DNA of 62,023 bases, filler included, from Dirinaria sp. TL-2023a (Eukaryota), in assembly GCA_051941275.1 (NCBI GenBank). It is 4 parts of 4 records of this genome, joined end to end, with 100 filler letters (N's around TTAATTAATTAA, not from the genome) between each part and the next. Parts side by side here need not be neighbours in the genome. Positions count along the whole stretch, not along the records: positions 46,657 to 62,023 come from JAVEBF010000550.1; 3 more parts are not named here. The stretch is one strand, 5' to 3'. The translations under genes were made by a program, and so were the position numbers. Shown in pieces: positions 61,999 to 62,023 of the stretch. The stretch's first letter is position 1; every line of letters begins with the position of its first letter. The notes beneath the pieces are model-generated. The model saw only the letters and a list, made by a program, of their open reading frames with translations, did not search any database and was not told where the DNA came from.

Positions 61999-62023
61999 TT
62001 TTGAGGGGTGGGGGGAGAGAAAG

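Overview
Eukaryotic DNA from a filamentous ascomycete (Pezizomycotina), judged from short GT-AG introns with CTRAY branch sites and recognisable fungal orthologues. The window is not one locus. It is four pieces (1-15463, 15564-31010, 31111-46556, 46657-62023; 15463/15447/15446/15367 bp, in descending length) joined by artificial 100-bp N44-TTAATTAATTAA-N44 spacers. Contigs 2 and 4 and the left part of contig 3 carry mostly conserved genes: AFG1, BEM1, THP3-like, Aurora kinase, ATP23, PRO1, a sororin-like gene, an FGGY kinase, an IMH1-like golgin, lunapark, REI1, a HECT ligase, a WLM protease and LSB5. Two accessory regions stand out. (1) Contig 1 has an intact, intronless, bacterial-type QueA-like gene with altered signature motifs, near MITE-like relics and on the same contig as intron-containing MFS and TOK1 genes; it is a candidate horizontal transfer. 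(2) The right end of contig 3 has a two-exon gene joining a HeLo-like/SesA-type N-terminal domain to a C-terminal two-repeat N/Q-rich motif resembling HET-s-type amyloid signalling motifs; it is a candidate NLR-amyloid cell-death effector. All family calls are from motif recognition by eye; no searches were run.
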